Shown one piece after another: positions 24,651 through 28,275 of a stretch of 28,275 nt of DNA. This DNA comes from an uncultured Planctomycetales bacterium (lineage in GTDB: Bacteria > Planctomycetota > Phycisphaerae > UBA1845 > Fen-1342), in NCBI GenBank assembly GCA_964602755.1, contig CAZRSM010000249.1, forward strand, positions 1 to 28,275, written 5' to 3'. The translations under genes and the position numbers were made by a program. A model generated the notes under the pieces. It did no database searches and was not told where the DNA came from. It saw only the letters and a program-made list of their open reading frames with translations. Numbering within the stretch: the first letter of the stretch is position 1; every line of letters begins with the position of its first letter.

Positions 24651-25130
24651 ATGAAGTTGCTCGATCTGGTTTGCTCGGAAGCGATCATTCCGGAGTTGCA
24701 GGCGCAGGATCGCAACGGGGTGATACGCGAGTTGGTGGAGTTGCTGGCCAAGATCGGAGCGATCCAGTCGAGCGCCGTGGAGAGCATCATCAAGTCGATA
24801 ATTGCGCGCGAGCGCACCCGGGGGACCACCGGCTTCGGCAAGGGCGTCGCGGCTCCGCACGCCAAGGTGGCCGGCCTGCCGAAAGTGGTCGGAGCCATCG
24901 GCCGCAGCGTCCAAGGCATTGATTTTCAGGCGCTGGACGGCGGCGCGGTCTACGCCGTGTTCCTGGTGCTCAGCCCGGAGGACCAGCCCGAGCAGCACCT
25001 GGAAGCGATGCAACTGGTCTTCCGGCACCTGCAGCAGGAGCGTTTCCGCAAGTTCCTGCGGCAGTCGGACACGACCGAGAAGATCTACGACTTGTTGAAG
25101 GAAGTGGACGAGGAGGCGCCGGCCGGCTAG
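24651..25130 (+). CDS. ptsN: PTS EIIA (Ntr/fructose-mannitol family), stand-alone
   Basis: ARERTRGTTGFGKGVAAPHAK with the phospho-His, IDFQALDG, and HLEAMQ. Confidence 0.9.
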   Translation: MKLLDLVCSEAIIPELQAQDRNGVIRELVELLAKIGAIQSSAVESIIKSIIARERTRGTTGFGKGVAAPHAKVAGLPKVVGAIGRSVQGIDFQALDGGAVYAVFLVLSPEDQPEQHLEAMQLVFRHLQQERFRKFLRQSDTTEKIYDLLKEVDEEAPAG

Positions 25131-25195
25131 GGCGGCGCCTCGATCGAGCGACAGCATGGTTCGTTGAACCGGTTCAGCGCGGTCGAGAGCACAGC

Positions 25196-25477
25196 GTGGA
25201 AAGTCCCGTGACAGTGGAAAGGGAGACGGTCATCCGTAACAAGGAGGGTCTGCACTTCAGGCCCATCATGCAGTTTGTGGATGCCGCTTCGCGCTTTTCC
25301 TCGCAGATCAAGGTGCACTGCGAAGACCGGGAAGCCGACGGTTGCAGCCCCATGGAGCTGCTGATGCTCATGGCGACCCAGGGCACCAGGATCAAAGTGG
25401 TGGCCGACGGCGCCGATGCCGCCGAGGCCGCCGACACGCTGGTGGCCTTGATCGAATCGGGTTTCAACGAGGAGTAG
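25196..25477 (+). CDS. ptsH: Phosphocarrier protein HPr
   Basis: NKEGLHFRP (His15), DGCSPMELLML (Ser46 position), and ADGADAAEA...LIESGF. Confidence 0.9.
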   Translation: MESPVTVERETVIRNKEGLHFRPIMQFVDAASRFSSQIKVHCEDREADGCSPMELLMLMATQGTRIKVVADGADAAEAADTLVALIESGFNEE

Positions 25478-25618
25478 TCGGGCGGCGCGCCCGTGTGCCG
25501 CCGGGCGGCCGCGGGCCAGCAGAATCGACCACGCGCCCGCCCCGACGCGCTGGTATTGACGAAAACGGCATTGCGCGGCGGCCCCGCGGCTGCTGCGCCG
25601 CGGCGGTGTCCGCGTGAG

Positions 25619-27373
25619 ATGATTACGAAAAAAGGCATCAACGCATCGCCGGGAGTGGCGATCGGTCCGGCCCTGGTCCTCGATACCGAAGAGTACCGCA
25701 TTCCTCGTCGGACCATTGATCCTGCGCAAGTTCCGGTCGAGATCAGGCGGCTGGACGCCGCGCTGGAAACCTCGCGCGAGGAGGTGGCCGACCTGCGCGT
25801 GGCGGCGGCCCGCAAGCTGGGCGAGAAGAGCTCGGCCATCTTCGCCTTCCACGAGGAGTTCATCGCCGACAAGCGCCTGCGCAACGCGGTGGTCGAGCTG
25901 ATCGAGAAGTACCGCTACACGGCGGCCTACGCCTTCGGCCAGGAGATGAACCGCCGCCAGCGCATGTTCCGCAACGTCAGCGACGCGTACCTCAAGGAGC
26001 GCGTGCGCGACCTGTTCGACATCGAAAAACGCGTCCTGCGGCACATCCTGGGCCGCGCCCGCGAAGATATCGCCCGGCTCAGCGAGCCGGTGGTCATTGT
26101 GGCCCACGACATCAGCCCGTCGCAGGCCATCCAGCTCGATCGCAGCCATATTCTCGGGTTCGCGCTCAACGTCGGCGGCCAGACCTCGCACACCGCCATC
26201 ATCGCCCGCATGCTCGGCATCCCCGCCGTGGTGGCGCTCAACGACATCACCAGCGATATCGCCGGCGGCGAGACCATCGTCATCGACGGCACGCACGGCA
26301 TCGTCATCGCCGATCCCGACGAGCAGACCGTCGAGCGCTATCGCCAGCGGCAGCGCGAATACCGCGAGTTCGAGGCCCAACTGGCCGAGCTGCGCGACCT
26401 GCCGCCGATCACCCAGGACGGCGAACGGATCGAGCTGCTGGCCAACATCGAGCTGGCCGCCGAGACGCGCATGGCCGTCGACGTGGCCGCCGACGGCGTG
26501 GGCCTGTATCGCACCGAGTTCCTCTTTCTGGGCACCGACCGGGCGCCCAGCGAGGAGCAGCAGTACGAGATCTTCCGCAGCGCCGTGCGCCATGCCCGGG
26601 GCAAGCCGCTGACCATCCGCACCATGGACCTGGGCGCCGAGAAGATGGCCGACTATCTGCGCGACTACGGCGCCGTGCACCACGAGCACAACCCCGTGCT
26701 GGGGCTGCGTTCGCTGCGCTACTGCCTGACGCACCTCGATCTGTTCAAGACGCACCTGCGGGCCATCCTGCGGGCCGCGGTGGACGGCGACGTGCGCATC
26801 ATGTTTCCCATGATCACCACCGTGCTCGAGCTGCGCCAGGCCAAGAGCACGCTGCACGACGTCATGGAAGACCTCGAAGAAGACGGCATACCGTTCAACC
26901 GCGACATCCCCGTCGGCATGATGGTCGAAACGCCGGCCGCCGCCCTGCTGGCCAGCGCCTTCGCGCGCGAGGTGGCTTTCTTCAGCATCGGCACCAACGA
27001 CCTGACGCAGTACACCCTGGCCGTCGACCGCTCGAACGAACGCGTGGCGCACCTCTATTCGCCCCACAACCCGGCCGTGCTCAAGCTGGTCCGTGACGTG
27101 ATCCAGGCCGGCCGGCGCACCGGAGTGCCGGTGGCCATGTGCGGCGAAATGGCCGGCTCGCCGATCTACACCGAGCTGCTGCTGGGACTGGGGCTGCGCC
27201 AGTTGTCGATGGCCCCCAAGGAGATACCGGAAATCAAGCGCATCGTGCGGCGGACCTCGATCAAGCGTTGTCAGGCCATCGCCCGCAAGGTCATGCGCTT
27301 CGACGCCGACCGGCAAGTGGTCAACTTCCTGCGCGACAAGCTGCGCGAGATCGCGCCCGAAAGCGGAATCTGA
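25619..27373 (+). CDS. ptsI: PEP-protein phosphotransferase (PTS Enzyme I)
   Basis: GINASPGVAIG, GGQTSHTAIIAR (phospho-His), GVGLYRTEF, IRTMDLG, LGLRSLR, GMMVETP, SIGTNDLTQY and MCGEMAG. No N-terminal GAF domain. Start at ATG 25619. Confidence 0.97.
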   Translation: MITKKGINASPGVAIGPALVLDTEEYRIPRRTIDPAQVPVEIRRLDAALETSREEVADLRVAAARKLGEKSSAIFAFHEEFIADKRLRNAVVELIEKYRYTAAYAFGQEMNRRQRMFRNVSDAYLKERVRDLFDIEKRVLRHILGRAREDIARLSEPVVIVAHDISPSQAIQLDRSHILGFALNVGGQTSHTAIIARMLGIPAVVALNDITSDIAGGETIVIDGTHGIVIADPDEQTVERYRQRQREYREFEAQLAELRDLPPITQDGERIELLANIELAAETRMAVDVAADGVGLYRTEFLFLGTDRAPSEEQQYEIFRSAVRHARGKPLTIRTMDLGAEKMADYLRDYGAVHHEHNPVLGLRSLRYCLTHLDLFKTHLRAILRAAVDGDVRIMFPMITTVLELRQAKSTLHDVMEDLEEDGIPFNRDIPVGMMVETPAAALLASAFAREVAFFSIGTNDLTQYTLAVDRSNERVAHLYSPHNPAVLKLVRDVIQAGRRTGVPVAMCGEMAGSPIYTELLLGLGLRQLSMAPKEIPEIKRIVRRTSIKRCQAIARKVMRFDADRQVVNFLRDKLREIAPESGI

Positions 27374-28158
27374 TGACCGCCGCAGCCGCCCAAACCAGAC
27401 CACCCGACCTCTGCTCCACGAGTTCGTGGACCGGGGCGGCGGTGCACTATTCGATCACCGGCGACCTGCGCTTCCTGTCGCACCACGACGAGCTGCGCAT
27501 GCTGACGCGGGCTCTGGTGCGAGCCGGCTGGCCGCTGTGGTACTCGCAGGGCTTCAATCCGCAACCGCGCATCGTCCTGCCGCTGCCGCGCAGCGTGGGC
27601 ATCGCCTCGGACTGCCAGTGGGCCATGGTGCGGCTGACCGAGGCGCCGCGGGTCGCCGAGCTGGGCCGCGCTCTGCAGACGCAGATGCCGCGCGATTGCG
27701 TGCTGCTGGCGGTGTATCCGCTGGAGGCGCGTCTCAGCCCGCAGCCGCAGGCGGTTTTCTACAGCATCGGGTTGCAGTCGGCTGCGGCGCAGGCGATCGG
27801 CCCGCGCATCGCGGCCCTGCAAGCCGAGCATGACCATCTCATCGAACGCAATTACGGGCCCCAGCGGCCCTCTCGCAGCATAGACATTCGCCCTTTCGTG
27901 CAGCGCGTCGAGCTTCGCGGCCGCACGCTCGAGCTCGAGCTGAGCTTTACCGAGGGGCGCAGCGCCCGCCCGGAGGAGATCCTGGCGGCGCTGGGCCTGA
28001 AGACCGCGGACCTCGACGGTCCGATCGTACGACGGGCGATTCACTGGAACATCGAACCGCCGACCGCCGGGGGGTGGTCGGCCGACGCAGAAAGGGAACA
28101 AGTTGGCTGTCAAGAAGAAGACTGCTCGCAAGAAGAAGGCCAAGGCGACCGCCGCTGA
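27373..28158 (+). CDS. Radical SAM-linked protein (TIGR03936/DUF2344 family)
   Basis: GDLRFLSHHDELRMLTRALVRAGWPLWYSQGFNPQPR...PRSVGIAS, IDIRPFV and SARPEEIL. The start overlaps the ptsI stop (TGATG). Confidence 0.9.
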   Translation: MTAAAAQTRPPDLCSTSSWTGAAVHYSITGDLRFLSHHDELRMLTRALVRAGWPLWYSQGFNPQPRIVLPLPRSVGIASDCQWAMVRLTEAPRVAELGRALQTQMPRDCVLLAVYPLEARLSPQPQAVFYSIGLQSAAAQAIGPRIAALQAEHDHLIERNYGPQRPSRSIDIRPFVQRVELRGRTLELELSFTEGRSARPEEILAALGLKTADLDGPIVRRAIHWNIEPPTAGGWSADAEREQVGCQEEDCSQEEGQGDRR

Positions 28159-28275
28159 CGAAAGCGCAGTCGCCGAAAAAGCACCGGTAGTGCAAACGGT
28201 GGAGGGTTCCGGCACCGCGGCGGCCGGGAAGCCCACGGCCGCGGAAGGCCAGACGTCTACGCGCCGCAAGAAGAC
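28103..28275 (+). CDS. Partial CDS with Lys-rich low-complexity N-terminus, probably an Rne/Rng-family ribonuclease (runs off the right edge)
   Basis: AAAGGGA RBS and TTG start at 28103: MAVKKKTARKKKAKATAADESAVAEK... The reading frame is open to the window end. The product is inferred only from the usual TIGR03936-rng synteny. Confidence 0.55.
   Translation, partial: MAVKKKTARKKKAKATAADESAVAEKAPVVQTVEGSGTAAAGKPTAAEGQTSTRRKK

Noticed and set aside
25127-27403. 758-aa minus-strand ORF
   Set aside because: Antisense shadow of ptsH and ptsI.
1-28275. tRNA, rRNA, integrase or transposase genes
   Set aside because: No T-loop/anticodon cloverleaf, rRNA signature, or DDE/tyrosine-recombinase motifs were seen.

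Overview
A GC-rich (~70%), gene-dense bacterial window, most likely Planctomycetota (Phycisphaerae-like). This assignment is inferred from an H-X9-DG prepilin-like protein and several secreted proteins ending in dockerin-like repeats. From left to right it contains: (1) the start of a PUFA-synthase-like cluster (pfaD, then a pfaA-type KS-AT gene that runs off the left edge); (2) a degenerate prepilin/H-X9-DG protein, a DUF900-type hydrolase, a membrane-anchored HTH protein with a small partner gene, a PfkB kinase, a MazG-like pyrophosphatase and a J-domain protein; (3) a cluster of REP-like repeats and a pgsA-pgpA-uppP operon; (4) an accessory block of secreted and lipoproteins, including a 5'-truncated metallophosphoesterase remnant; (5) a PocR-GAF-PP2C phosphatase, an aminopeptidase, a kexin-like S8 protease and a LacI regulator; (6) an hpf-ptsN-ptsH-ptsI operon followed by a TIGR03936-type gene and the start of a probable Rne/Rng gene. 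The strongest leads are a structured, possibly raiA-motif-like RNA leader upstream of hpf, a kexin-like protease with Glu in place of the catalytic Asp, the pfa-like cluster, a dispersed YARST-N15-ACTTR dyad at three gene ends, and three dockerin-tailed exported proteins with no cohesin in view. No rRNA, tRNA, CRISPR array or transposase was recognised. All family calls come from motif recognition by eye; no database searches were run.
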